Below the pieces are notes generated by a model, which saw nothing but the letters and a program-made list of their open reading frames with translations, had not been told where the DNA came from and made no database searches. From Rhodospirillaceae bacterium (GTDB lineage Bacteria; Pseudomonadota; Alphaproteobacteria; TMED109): a stretch of DNA of 64,000 nt. The position numbers and the translations under genes are program-made. The stretch spans positions 2,511 to 66,510 of the forward strand of contig CABZPW010000001.1 in NCBI GenBank assembly GCA_902527765.1, in the 5' to 3' direction. This document shows, one piece after another, positions 50,924-61,461 of this stretch (the first letter of the stretch is position 1; each line of letters begins with the position of its first letter).

Positions 50924-51793
50924 TTATTCAATTTTCCAATTCCTTGGATCCCACAATCTATGAGAATATTTACTACATTCCTTAATAGTGTAGCAAATTA
51001 AGTCTTCATGTATAGGACTAGAGATATATTTTAATATTTGCCTTAGCTGTAAAATATTATTTGCTCCTAAGACTAATTTGCAATTTGGCAACATATAAAT
51101 AATGCTAGCCGCAGCTAGAGAGATAGGATGTACTTTCGCTTCACTAGATATTTGATTAAATTTTTTTAATGCAGGTTTAAGGGGTAGCAGAAATTTTGGA
51201 AGTTTATGGTAATTTGCTAACAGCAAGCCTTGTGAAAATACTGATCTTACAATTAATTCACCTTTATTTTTAATAAACTTTAAGGTTTTTTTAGACCTTA
51301 AATTATCTAGATTAAATATATTAGCAGGGATTTGAATAATATTAATCGTAGGGTCAATTATAAGTTCCTCAGCTTTATAGATAGAAAGACCAGCTTTCTT
51401 AATGTAATGATTTTTTAAAATTTGCTCTGCAATTAAGATTTGCTGCTTTTTACTAAAATTTGAAGAATTATGAATTAACAAGCCATCTAATTTGTTATAA
51501 TTTAGTTTCTTTATAATATCTTTTAATTTTTTATTAAGTTCTTGTATATCTTCAGTAGCAGTAATTTTTGAATATAGTTTTAATGAATGCTTTTTTTTTT
51601 TAAGCCAGTTACCTAAATATAGGTGAGAGTTTTTGTATGATTCAGCACCATCAATTCCTGCAAAATTTAAATTATTAATTTCATCTATAAAATGATTTTT
51701 ACTATCCTTACTTATTTGGCTTTTGAATAAACCATATTGTTTATCAAACTGTGCAGTGCCAATTAAAATTTGTTTTGAACTAATTTTGATCAT
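50924..51793 (-). CDS. Aldo/keto reductase (glycan-locus type)
   Basis: IGTAQF...YG, D.A..Y, LLIH, GLSIY, IQIP.NI, RSVFSQGLL, DPRNW. Confidence 0.85.
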   Translation of the reverse strand: MIKISSKQILIGTAQFDKQYGLFKSQISKDSKNHFIDEINNLNFAGIDGAESYKNSHLYLGNWLKKKKHSLKLYSKITATEDIQELNKKLKDIIKKLNYNKLDGLLIHNSSNFSKKQQILIAEQILKNHYIKKAGLSIYKAEELIIDPTINIIQIPANIFNLDNLRSKKTLKFIKNKGELIVRSVFSQGLLLANYHKLPKFLLPLKPALKKFNQISSEAKVHPISLAAASIIYMLPNCKLVLGANNILQLRQILKYISSPIHEDLICYTIKECSKYSHRLWDPRNWKIE

Positions 51794-51994
51794 ATATATT
51801 TTTATAGTTATTAGTAGATATCTAAATAAATTTATTAAAGTTTAACAATATATAATTATTAGTAAAATTTTTAGTCTTTTATAATTATTTTTAAATATGC
51901 TAAGAAAAATTTTTTATATTAACAAAATTATTTAGATATTTGTTAATTTCTCTTAATTATATGTTATAAGTTATTTAAAGTTTTAGTTAAAGTT

Positions 51995-53008
51995 GTGAAT
52001 ATAAAAAAAAATAATATTTTGGTTACAGGTGCTGAAGGCTTTATAGGCTCTCATTTATGCGAAAGACTAGTAAAAATTGGTGCTAATGTAAAGGCTTTAG
52101 TATTATATAATTCATTCAATAAAGATGGATGGCTAGAAGATATCAGCGATGATATTAAGAAAGATATAGAAATTTTAAACGGTGATATAAGAGACCAAGA
52201 GTTTATAAAAAATATTTGTAGAAAATCAGATATTATTTTTCATTTAGCTGCTTTAATATCAATTCCTTATTCCTATAATTCTCCTAGTTCTTATGTTGAT
52301 ACAAATATATTAGGAAGTCTTAATATTTTAGAAGCTGCAAGATCTGGTAATTGTAAAAAACTTATATCTACTTCCACAAGTGAAGTGTATGGAACAGCAC
52401 AACAGATTCCAATAGATGAGATGCATAAATTACAAGCTCAATCTCCGTATGCTGCTTCCAAAATATCAGCAGATTTTTTATTAGAGTCTTTTGTGAGGTC
52501 ATTTAATATACCTGCAGTCATACTCAGACCATTTAATACTTATGGCCCTAGACAATCTGAAAGAGCGGTTATACCAAGTATTATAAGACAGTTATTAGAT
52601 CAAAAAATTAAAAGTATAAAAGTTGGAAATTTGGAAACCATGAGAGACTTCAATTATGTTAAAGATACAGTAAATGCTTTTATAGCTATAGCGCAAGCCA
52701 CTACTAACAAATTAGAGCTTGGTACTGCATATAATGCTGGTACAGGAAAAGCAGTTTCTATTCATAAAGTATTAAAAAAATTAATTAGTATATCTGGTGT
52801 TAATAAAAAGATAATAATAGATAAAAAAAGATTTAGACCCAATAATTCTGAAGTATATAATTTAGTAGCTTCTTCAAAAAAATTAAATAAGTTAACTAAT
52901 TGGAAACCAGAATTTTCTTTAGAACAAGGCTTGCAAGAAACTATTGAGTGGTGGAAGAGAAGAATACAATCTAACAAAATTAGAAAAAGCTCAAACTATG
53001 CAATATGA
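51995..53008 (+). CDS. legB: NDP-GlcNAc 4,6-dehydratase, LegB-like
   Basis: TGAEGFIGSHL, HLAALISIPYSY, STSEVYG, QSPYAASK, RPFNTYGPRQS. Confidence 0.88.
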   Translation: MNIKKNNILVTGAEGFIGSHLCERLVKIGANVKALVLYNSFNKDGWLEDISDDIKKDIEILNGDIRDQEFIKNICRKSDIIFHLAALISIPYSYNSPSSYVDTNILGSLNILEAARSGNCKKLISTSTSEVYGTAQQIPIDEMHKLQAQSPYAASKISADFLLESFVRSFNIPAVILRPFNTYGPRQSERAVIPSIIRQLLDQKIKSIKVGNLETMRDFNYVKDTVNAFIAIAQATTNKLELGTAYNAGTGKAVSIHKVLKKLISISGVNKKIIIDKKRFRPNNSEVYNLVASSKKLNKLTNWKPEFSLEQGLQETIEWWKRRIQSNKIRKSSNYAI

Positions 53009-53052
53009 TCAAGTACTCTTAGATAGGAAACTTAAAGTATTTAGTAATAAAA

Positions 53053-54087
53053 ATGTTTACAGAAATTTCATATAGCTTAGTTCAAATAGACTCTAAGCGA
53101 AGTATTAGAGATGCAATGGAAGTATTGAATAAAATTGATGAGAGGTTTTTAGTAGTTTTAAATAGAGAAAAAAAACTTCTTGGTACAATAACTGATGGGG
53201 ATATAAGAAGAGCTTTGCTTAAAAATATTGATATTAATAAAAAAGTAGAATTATGTATGAATAAAAATCCTATTTTTTCTTACGAAAACTCTAAAAATTA
53301 TAAAAGTCTTTTTAAAAAAATGAAATCTTTTATAAAGTTTTTACCAATCTTAAATAAAGATAAAAAAATTATAGCAATTTTATTAGAAAATGTATTAAGT
53401 ACAAATAAAATAGCTTTAGTAATGGCTGGAGGTTATGGAAGTAGGTTAGGACAAATTACAAAAAATACTCCCAAGCCACTATTAAAAATAGGACCTAAGA
53501 CAATGTTAGATATTATTCTAGAAAAATTAGAAAAATCAGGTTACGAAGAAATTTATATATCCACACACTATCTTCATGATAGAATAAAAAAATTTTTAAA
53601 TAACAGAAAGTCTTTATCAAAAATTAAAATTATTTATGAACCAAAACCATTGGGAACCGCTGGTTGTATTAGTAAAATAAAAAATGTAAATTTTGATTAC
53701 TTAACTGTTTTAAACGGGGATGTAGTTTCCGACATTAGTTTGGATGCTTTAAATGAGTTTCATTTAGAAAAAAAATATGATTTAACTTTAACAGTAGCAC
53801 ATTTTTCTACAGAAATACCTTTTGGTGTAGTAGATTTAGATAGTAAATTTCAATTTAAAACATTAAAAGAAAAACCTACTAAAAAATATTTTATTTTAAG
53901 TGGAATATATTGCTTAAGTAAGAGTATATGTGATTTAGTAACAGAAAGCTATACAGATATGCCAGAATTAATTAATAATTCAAAAAGGCTTGGGTATAAA
54001 ATAGGAATATTTCCTATATATGAATATTGGAATGATATCGGGACCTCTAAGGCATTAAATAAGGAAAATAAAAGATCCAAAATTTAA
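53053..54087 (+). CDS. CBS-domain sugar-phosphate nucleotidyltransferase (PtmE-like)
   Basis: GTITDGDIRR CBS pair, MAGGYGSRL...PKPL, PLGTAG, NGD, W.DIG. Confidence 0.88.
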   Translation: MFTEISYSLVQIDSKRSIRDAMEVLNKIDERFLVVLNREKKLLGTITDGDIRRALLKNIDINKKVELCMNKNPIFSYENSKNYKSLFKKMKSFIKFLPILNKDKKIIAILLENVLSTNKIALVMAGGYGSRLGQITKNTPKPLLKIGPKTMLDIILEKLEKSGYEEIYISTHYLHDRIKKFLNNRKSLSKIKIIYEPKPLGTAGCISKIKNVNFDYLTVLNGDVVSDISLDALNEFHLEKKYDLTLTVAHFSTEIPFGVVDLDSKFQFKTLKEKPTKKYFILSGIYCLSKSICDLVTESYTDMPELINNSKRLGYKIGIFPIYEYWNDIGTSKALNKENKRSKI

Positions 54088-54356
54088 GAAGTAAATTGAG
54101 TTGAAAATGCACTAGCAGTAGTTTTTTTAAAATAACTACATTCAAATAAAAGAAGAAATGTAACTATTTTAATGTTACTAAAAAAGTAGTGTTAAATATT
54201 CTTTCATTCTGTAGGTTTTACAATATTTTCTATATTTTGATTTTCATAAATGCATCACTTTCAAAGAAGTATACTTAATTCTTTGGTTATAAAAATATCA
54301 TTTGATTAAAATTACTTATGCTTGTAGATGCTTTTAATTTTTATTATAATATTTAA

Positions 54357-55172
54357 TCATTTTAACATTGTTTTTATTTTTTCATGTAAATTATTCCTTA
54401 AATATTGTAACCTTGGTTGAAATGTTAATTCTGCTCTAAAAGGATCACTGTGCTCTAAAGTACTAATATTATTTACCTTATTAAAATCATGATTAATTAA
54501 ATAAATTATAGCTCTTCTTTTACCATAAATATAAAACTGGCCAGACCATTCTTTTATTTGAATAATATCATAAAAATTTATTTTTTTTGCTGTTAAAGCA
54601 TCAACTTTTATATTTTTTTTAATCTTTAAACTATTTATTTCTAGAACAAAATTGCTTACAGTTTTGTAAGGGTTAATTATTATTAATGAGTAAGTTGTAG
54701 AGTTTTTATAACTTACATTGATTGCAGGATAACCGTCTACCCATATACCAAATTCTTGGATTTGCATTATAACTCTGGGATTACCATATTTTTCATTTCC
54801 ACAACTGATAAAGTTTTTTTTATTTGGACTTGTATAACTTACATAAAAACCAGGAGCAGACGTTGATTTAAAACCATCCCCTTCTATTAAATTTATATGT
54901 GTCTCTATATAACCACAATTATTATTTTTTGTCTGATTTTTCCATGAGAAGCAAGCAACATTTTTATTAAACCACTTATTATTTTTAAATGATATAAATC
55001 CATTTTTTTCATAAAGTAATTTTTTATTACATATTATTTTTCTATTAATTTCTAGTTTGGCACTTTTACCTATAATTAGTTTTTTTATTTCTTCAACAGG
55101 TATAGCTTGCGAAAAAGTATAACCTTCAGGGGGGGCTAAGTGTATCAATGGAATAAAATAATTATAAATCAT
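54357..55172 (-). CDS. Hypothetical protein, two beta-rich modules (ends ...ISTLEHS...)
   Basis: 271-aa ORF, 1-bp overlap with upstream gene; by-eye similarity to 55172..56107. Confidence 0.75.
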   Translation of the reverse strand: MIYNYFIPLIHLAPPEGYTFSQAIPVEEIKKLIIGKSAKLEINRKIICNKKLLYEKNGFISFKNNKWFNKNVACFSWKNQTKNNNCGYIETHINLIEGDGFKSTSAPGFYVSYTSPNKKNFISCGNEKYGNPRVIMQIQEFGIWVDGYPAINVSYKNSTTYSLIIINPYKTVSNFVLEINSLKIKKNIKVDALTAKKINFYDIIQIKEWSGQFYIYGKRRAIIYLINHDFNKVNNISTLEHSDPFRAELTFQPRLQYLRNNLHEKIKTMLK

Positions 55173-56107
55173 TATATATGATCAACAGATAAATTTTTAA
55201 AACCTTTATCAGCAATGATAAAGTAACACTTTATTGGAGTATTAGAAGTACTTTTAAATATAAAATCGTTAAAACTCTCTTTGTTTCTTACTTCTATGAG
55301 ATGAGACCCTTTTGCAGGAATATGTAACTTATTCTCAATAATATAGTTTTGGGAAGAAGCTTCTACAAAAGCAATTTTATTATTTGGGTTTATCATAAAT
55401 ATGAAGTATCTATCATTACTTTTATTAAATTTAATATTAAAAATGTTATTTCTAGCTGATCCGTCTTGCGTGTGTAAAGATGCCATAGAGTTTTTTGTTT
55501 CATAATAAAAATGAGGTCTTGTAGAACCTTTAAAACCTATAGAGGTGGGAGTTCTAGTAACTTTAACATAATATGTCAAAATATCTTCTGTAACAGGAAC
55601 AAAGTCATTTAAACAAATTCTAAGACTATTATTTGGTTTAATGAATTGTGAGAGTTGTTTTATTTTTTTTCCATTATTTTTAAATATTAATAAATTAATT
55701 TTATAAGTAACCGCTTCCTTAGTCATAAAACTTGGAATGTCATTGGAAACTACTAACCATGTTTTAATATCTTGTGATGCTAACATAGGCAGATGACCAT
55801 TTTGACTAACTAATTTATTTCCAGATAGGTAGTCTATAAAATTTTTTAGTTTTTCTCTATAATTATATTTATCATTGGAAGAAGAAACATTTGAAATTTT
55901 ATCTTCGTATCCTTTTATTTGAAAGAACATATCTTCTATATTAGGTAGACAAGCTGCGCATTTACTAGCTAGGTTAAGATTTTCACAAATGTTTTCCAAG
56001 TTAGAATTATTGTTTGATAATATTGCTATTTTAAATTTCTCAAATGTAATTTTAGAACAATAACATAAGAATTTATCTTTATTTTTAATAGTTTCTTTTA
56101 TTTCCAT
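55172..56107 (-). CDS. Hypothetical protein with N-terminal BFD-like [2Fe-2S] domain plus two His-ended modules
   Basis: LCYCSKIT-x~30-KCAAC matches BFD C-x-C...C-x2-C spacing. Confidence 0.8.
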   Translation of the reverse strand: MEIKETIKNKDKFLCYCSKITFEKFKIAILSNNNSNLENICENLNLASKCAACLPNIEDMFFQIKGYEDKISNVSSSNDKYNYREKLKNFIDYLSGNKLVSQNGHLPMLASQDIKTWLVVSNDIPSFMTKEAVTYKINLLIFKNNGKKIKQLSQFIKPNNSLRICLNDFVPVTEDILTYYVKVTRTPTSIGFKGSTRPHFYYETKNSMASLHTQDGSARNNIFNIKFNKSNDRYFIFMINPNNKIAFVEASSQNYIIENKLHIPAKGSHLIEVRNKESFNDFIFKSTSNTPIKCYFIIADKGFKNLSVDHI

Positions 56108-56203
56108 TTATTTATATTGAATTGTGAAAATATTAAATAATTTATATATCTAGTAAATGAAAAAAACAACATAAAGAATTAACGGTTATGTTCATTACAA
56201 AAG

Positions 56204-56896
56204 TTAATTAGTATAGAACCTATTTCCATTTAATTTTTTTTTATAAATTATTTTAGCAACCTCTAAATCTAATTTAGTGTCAATATCAATAGATCTTTCA
56301 AATGGCATTTTAAAAGGAATAGTATTAGAGTTTATAAGAGGCAGTTTATTCAATAAATTATTAAATCTTAAAATATAAACTGCTCCATTTAATACATAAA
56401 CTTTTTTATTTAACTGATTAATTTTAGTTGGTTTAAATTTTTTATTTTTATCAAATGTATACATTAAGTTTGTAATATGACGAGTTTCTGTAACACTTAC
56501 AACACTGTATGCATCATTTTTTTCACAAAGTAATAAAGCATCATCAATATCTTTAGAAGTTCTTAATGGAGAGGTAGGCTGTATTAGAATTATATAATGA
56601 TGATAATCTATTTTTTTACACATGTATTCCAATAATTTTTGAGTAGTAGCCTTACTTGTTGATAAAAACTTTGGTCTTAGAAAAGGAGCTGAGCATCCAT
56701 TTTTAATTGCTAAATCCTTAATTTCATTACTGTCTGTAGAACATATTATATTGTCTATGTACTTAGAGTTTTTGGCATGCATAATCGCATGTTCAAGTAA
56801 GGTTTTATTACCTATTTTCATTAGATTCTTTTTTGGTACTCTTACAGACCCTCCTCTTGCTGGAATTATTCCTAAAACTTTTTTTCCCTTAATCAT
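56204..56896 (-). CDS. neuA: Nonulosonate cytidylyltransferase (NeuA/LegF)
   Basis: IPARGGSVRVPKKN, STD, PFLRP, QPTSPLR, NGAVY, SIDID. Confidence 0.93.
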   Translation of the reverse strand: MIKGKKVLGIIPARGGSVRVPKKNLMKIGNKTLLEHAIMHAKNSKYIDNIICSTDSNEIKDLAIKNGCSAPFLRPKFLSTSKATTQKLLEYMCKKIDYHHYIILIQPTSPLRTSKDIDDALLLCEKNDAYSVVSVTETRHITNLMYTFDKNKKFKPTKINQLNKKVYVLNGAVYILRFNNLLNKLPLINSNTIPFKMPFERSIDIDTKLDLEVAKIIYKKKLNGNRFYTN

Positions 56897-57112
56897 TATT
56901 TAAAACATTAATTTATTTACTCTTAATTAATATAAGTTTTTCAGATACTAAATAAAAGCTTTCTTTTATTATTAGTTAAGCCTGTCTATATTAACTTAAA
57001 ATGATATTATTAGATCATTTTAATTTAATAATATTTAAATTCATTCGTATTATTTACTAAAAAAAACTTATAATTTTGATATAGTTATAAGTTAGTAATT
57101 TGGAGAATAAAT

Positions 57113-58525
57113 ATGTCCGTAAAGCTAGACCAGAATAAAAACTACAAAGCTCAGTTTGGAGCAGTTTTTAGATCCTCAGCGATTTTTTATATTCCTAAGT
57201 CTGTACAAACGACTGTTTCGGTATCAAATTATTGGCAATTCAAAAATAAAACTAACGTGGGTTTATTATTTTCAGTTAGAGACTTAGAAGGAAATTTAAT
57301 AGAAAGGCGTGAAAGATACTTTCATCAAGGTTTAGTTATTAACGAAGGAAAATGGCCAGTATCTGAAGGCTCAGTAGAGATTGAAGCTTTTTCTAATATT
57401 AATTTACGTATTCCTTATGCCGCTGTTATGGTTGTATATGAGACACCTATTTCTATAACAATGGTGCACTCTTATGGAAGAAACCATAACTTATTAGAAA
57501 TAGAAGATAAAAATTTTATTACAAGTGGAAGAGAAAGCTGTTGGACTGTACGACATGATAGTAATATTTCAAATAAAGCAGTTTTTCATAATGGGCACCT
57601 TAAGACTAATAAACAGTGTGCTAAATTAATTTTGACTAATATTAAAGGAGAGGATAAGTTAATCGAATTTACTATACCAAGCCTAAGTCCTTATGAAACT
57701 TACATATTTGAATTGTCAGAGATATATTCAAATTATAAAAAATGGCTTAATAAAAAAAATGGTTGGGCAACGGTTCATTTTGAAAATCTAACTGCTTTTA
57801 CTAGACTTCTAATTATATGGATAAATAAAGAAAGTGGCGATATGCAGGTTACTCATTCAAATTTTGATTATTCTTCTATTGATACAAATACAATTAAAGG
57901 TAATAAACCAGCAATTATGAAGTGGCCATCAATAATTTGTAATTATGAATATGGAGAAGTAGTAGTTTATCCTAAGTTTCTAAAAGGTACTTATAAAATA
58001 GTTTCTAATGAATATGAAAAAGAGACTAATAAGGGGATATTTATACAAGTAGATAAAAAAATAAAGTTAGAATTCTTTCCTTCTGATAAAAAAGCTATAC
58101 CTTCAAGAATTGTAACGGGATTTATATGCAAAAAAAATTCAAATATACTACCTTTGGAATGTTCATTGGGTATAGTTCATGAGAAAAGGCCTCCCAAAAG
58201 TTTTCACTGGGCAGTTGTTTCTAAAAAGTTTAAATCACAGCTATTTTTTAATGCATATCCTGAAATTTATGAAGTGCCTAAAAATATACTTTTAGTATTT
58301 AGATTGTATTCACCATTCAAATTAGATTATATTGAAAAATCTATAAATATTTCAAAACTAGAAGAAATTCCAGACGGAGTTTTTATAAGTGAATTATTTA
58401 ATGATACAGAATATTTGGATAATGAAAATTATTGTTACGTTTCAATGTATTCTAATTACGGTGGTTGGTTCATGTATTCGTCTATGATAAAGAAAAAATC
58501 AATGACCATTGAACATTCTTTTTAA
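57113..58525 (+). CDS. Hypothetical protein, four tandem beta-rich modules
   Basis: 470-aa ORF with good SD (GGAGA); modules end MVHSY, VTHSN, LECSL, IEHSF. Confidence 0.8.
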   Translation: MSVKLDQNKNYKAQFGAVFRSSAIFYIPKSVQTTVSVSNYWQFKNKTNVGLLFSVRDLEGNLIERRERYFHQGLVINEGKWPVSEGSVEIEAFSNINLRIPYAAVMVVYETPISITMVHSYGRNHNLLEIEDKNFITSGRESCWTVRHDSNISNKAVFHNGHLKTNKQCAKLILTNIKGEDKLIEFTIPSLSPYETYIFELSEIYSNYKKWLNKKNGWATVHFENLTAFTRLLIIWINKESGDMQVTHSNFDYSSIDTNTIKGNKPAIMKWPSIICNYEYGEVVVYPKFLKGTYKIVSNEYEKETNKGIFIQVDKKIKLEFFPSDKKAIPSRIVTGFICKKNSNILPLECSLGIVHEKRPPKSFHWAVVSKKFKSQLFFNAYPEIYEVPKNILLVFRLYSPFKLDYIEKSINISKLEEIPDGVFISELFNDTEYLDNENYCYVSMYSNYGGWFMYSSMIKKKSMTIEHSF

Positions 58526-58587
58526 TTTATTAAAGCATGTTATTATTAGGTTTTTTAAGTTTATAAATAATTTAGGAGAGTATTAAA

Positions 58588-59277
58588 TTGAATAATAAAA
58601 ACAAAGAAAAAAAAGTTTTGTTTTTAGGAAAAAAAAATGATTATTTAACTGAAGTTTGCATGAAAATTTGTACTGAAAAATTCAGAAATGCTGAAATATT
58701 TTTAGCATCACGCTTTGATAAAATTCCAGGATTTATAAATAATTGGAAAGGAGATTTTTTGATATCTTTTTTATTTCCATTACTTATAGAAAAAAAATTA
58801 TTAAATAATATTAAAAATATAGCAATTAACTTTCATCCTGGACCCCCAGAATATCCTGGTATAGGTTGTACTAACTATGCAATTTATAATAAAGAAGAAG
58901 TATATGGTGTAACTTGTCATATAGTAAGTGAAAACTTTGACGCAGGCGATATACTTAAAGTAAAAAGGTTTAAACTTAATAAAAATGAGGATGTTTACAC
59001 TCTGACGCAGAGAGCTTATCTCTATCTCCTAGAAATGTATATAGAAGTTTTAAATGATTTAAAAAATAATAAAACATTGATAAGAGATGATAAAGAAAAA
59101 TGGAAAGGAAAAGCAAGAACCAGAAAAGAGTTTAATAAGTTTCTAAAGCTAAATATTAATATGTCTAAGAGCGAAATTAAAAGAAGAATTTTAGCAACTA
59201 CCTGGCCTGGCAGAGGTTCTGCTTACCTTAAAATAAATGGAATAAAATTTGAAGGAAAAATAGAAGAAAATGATTAA
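58588..59277 (+). CDS. N10-formyl-THF-dependent formyltransferase family protein
   Basis: INFHPG, GVTCH, FDAGDI catalytic N-x-H...D set. Confidence 0.85.
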   Translation: MNNKNKEKKVLFLGKKNDYLTEVCMKICTEKFRNAEIFLASRFDKIPGFINNWKGDFLISFLFPLLIEKKLLNNIKNIAINFHPGPPEYPGIGCTNYAIYNKEEVYGVTCHIVSENFDAGDILKVKRFKLNKNEDVYTLTQRAYLYLLEMYIEVLNDLKNNKTLIRDDKEKWKGKARTRKEFNKFLKLNINMSKSEIKRRILATTWPGRGSAYLKINGIKFEGKIEEND

Positions 59278-60292
59278 TGAAAATGAGAAAAGCAAATTAT
59301 TTTTAATTGCAGAAGCAGGAGTTAACCATAATGGTAATTTAAATAAAGCATTAAAAATGGTAAGATTAGCAAAAAAAGCAGGAGCTGACTGTGTAAAATT
59401 TCAAGCTTTTAGTTTAAATAGACTAGTAACAAAAAAAGCAAAGAGTGCACATTATCAAAAAAAATCAACAGGTAACGATTTACAATTTGATATTTTAAAA
59501 AAACTTCAATTAAAAAAGCCAGAATTTAAAAAAATTTTTAAAGAATGTAGAAGGTTAGGTATTGAATTTTTATGTACTGCTTTTGATGAAAAATGGCTAG
59601 ATTTTTTAGTAGATATAGGCATGAATAAAATTAAAATTCCATCTGGTGAAATAACTAACATTCCTTATTTAAGATATGCTTCAACGTTTAATTTAAAAAT
59701 TATACTTTCTACAGGAATGAGCAATATGCAAGAGATAACTAAAGCTATTAAAACTATCAAACATGTTAACGAAAAAGCTGAGATATCACTTTTACATTGT
59801 ACATCATTGTATCCAGCACCGTATAACACGCTTAATTTAAGAGCTATCTCATCTATGAAAGATAAATTTAGAATGGATGTTGGTTATTCAGATCATAGTT
59901 TAGGTAATATAGCATCTATTTCTGCCGTTACATTAGGAGCGAAAATAATTGAAAAACATTTTACATTAAATAAGAATTTAAAAGGGCCTGATCACCAAGC
60001 ATCAGCAAACTATAAAGAGCTAAAAAATCTTTTTACAGATCTTAGAAATCTAAAAATTTCTCTAGGTGACGGAAAAAAAACCCCTCACTTTAAAGAGTTT
60101 GATACTGCAAATGCTGCAAGAAAATCCTGGCATGCTAAAAAGAAAATTTTAAAAGATAATCAACTAAAAAAAGATGATGTATATCTTATCAGACCAGGGT
60201 TTGGTATTGCAGGTAGCGTAGATATAATAGGAAAAAAAACTAAAGTCGAAATTAAAAAAAATGAAATGATTAAAGAAGAATGGCTAATTTAA
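59270..60292 (+). CDS. neuB: Nonulosonate synthase (NeuB/LegI)
   Basis: IAEAGVNHNG, VKFQ, KIPSGE, LSTGMS, HCTSLYPAP, GYSDHS, IEKHFT, GPDH. Confidence 0.96.
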   Translation: MINENEKSKLFLIAEAGVNHNGNLNKALKMVRLAKKAGADCVKFQAFSLNRLVTKKAKSAHYQKKSTGNDLQFDILKKLQLKKPEFKKIFKECRRLGIEFLCTAFDEKWLDFLVDIGMNKIKIPSGEITNIPYLRYASTFNLKIILSTGMSNMQEITKAIKTIKHVNEKAEISLLHCTSLYPAPYNTLNLRAISSMKDKFRMDVGYSDHSLGNIASISAVTLGAKIIEKHFTLNKNLKGPDHQASANYKELKNLFTDLRNLKISLGDGKKTPHFKEFDTANAARKSWHAKKKILKDNQLKKDDVYLIRPGFGIAGSVDIIGKKTKVEIKKNEMIKEEWLI

Positions 60293-61452
60293 AAAAAATT
60301 TTTAAAGTTATTGTATTAACAGGCTCTAGGGCTGAATATGGCTTATTAAGACCATTAATAAGAAAAATAGAAAAAGAAAAAAAATTTAAAAGCTTTTTAA
60401 TATGTACAGGAATGCACCTGTCACCAGAATTTGGCTCAACTATATTTGAGATAGAAAAAGATAGGTTCAAAATTTATGATAAATTAGAAATTTTGTTATC
60501 CAGTAATACAAAAGTTGGAATGACTAAAGCTACAGGTTTAGCATTTTTATCTTATGCAGATAGTTTTTCTAAGATTAATCCAGATATTTTAATTTGCTTA
60601 GGAGACAGATTTGAAATTTTTGCAGGAGCATATGCTGCAGCTTTAATGAATATTCCAGTAGCTCATATCCAGGGTGGAGAGTTAACAAATGGTGCAATAG
60701 ATGATACTTTAAGACATGCTATCACAAAAGCTTCTAGTATTCATTTTCCTACTACTTATGAATACAAAAAAAGAATTATTCAGTTAGGAGAGTCTCCTTC
60801 AAGAGTATTTAATGTTGGTGCATTGGGATTAGAGAGAGTAAAAGCAATAAAAAAAATATCCTTATCATTAATTAGTGAAAAAATAGGTATAAATATAGAA
60901 GACGGATTCTTTCTACTCACTATCCATGCAGCTACATTAAGTAAAGATAAACCTGATTTAATTATTAAAGAAACATTAAAAGCACTTGAAAACTTTAGTT
61001 CTATACCTGTAATTATGTCTTATGCTAATACCGATTCAGGAGGGTATGAAATAAATAAAATTAAAGAAAGTTTTTGTAAAAAAAAGCCTCATTTAAGGGT
61101 GATTAAAAAAACCTTAGGTCATGATTTATATATAAACTGTATGAGATATGCATCAGCAGTAATTGGAAATTCCTCTAGTGGAGTTATTGAGGCACCTATG
61201 ATTGGGGTTCCTACGGTGAATATTGGTAATAGACAAGAAGGACGTATTATGGGGAAAAGCATTTTTCAGGCAAAGGTAAACAAAAAAAGTATAATATTAG
61301 CTATTAGCAAAGCCTTAAATTTTAAAAGACAAGTTAATAATGAACATACATTTGGAAAAGGTAATACCTCTCAATTGATATTTCACTATATCAAAGATTA
61401 TTTAAATAAAGAAACTATACAAAATAAAAAATTTTATGATATAAAAAACTAG
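60280..61452 (+). CDS. neuC: Hydrolysing NDP-sugar 2-epimerase (NeuC/LegG)
   Basis: TGSRAEYG, TGMHL, LGDRFE, HIQGGE, RHAITK, GNSSSG, GNRQ.GR. Confidence 0.96.
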   Translation: MANLKKIFKVIVLTGSRAEYGLLRPLIRKIEKEKKFKSFLICTGMHLSPEFGSTIFEIEKDRFKIYDKLEILLSSNTKVGMTKATGLAFLSYADSFSKINPDILICLGDRFEIFAGAYAAALMNIPVAHIQGGELTNGAIDDTLRHAITKASSIHFPTTYEYKKRIIQLGESPSRVFNVGALGLERVKAIKKISLSLISEKIGINIEDGFFLLTIHAATLSKDKPDLIIKETLKALENFSSIPVIMSYANTDSGGYEINKIKESFCKKKPHLRVIKKTLGHDLYINCMRYASAVIGNSSSGVIEAPMIGVPTVNIGNRQEGRIMGKSIFQAKVNKKSIILAISKALNFKRQVNNEHTFGKGNTSQLIFHYIKDYLNKETIQNKKFYDIKN

Positions 61453-61461
61453 AATAGGGTA

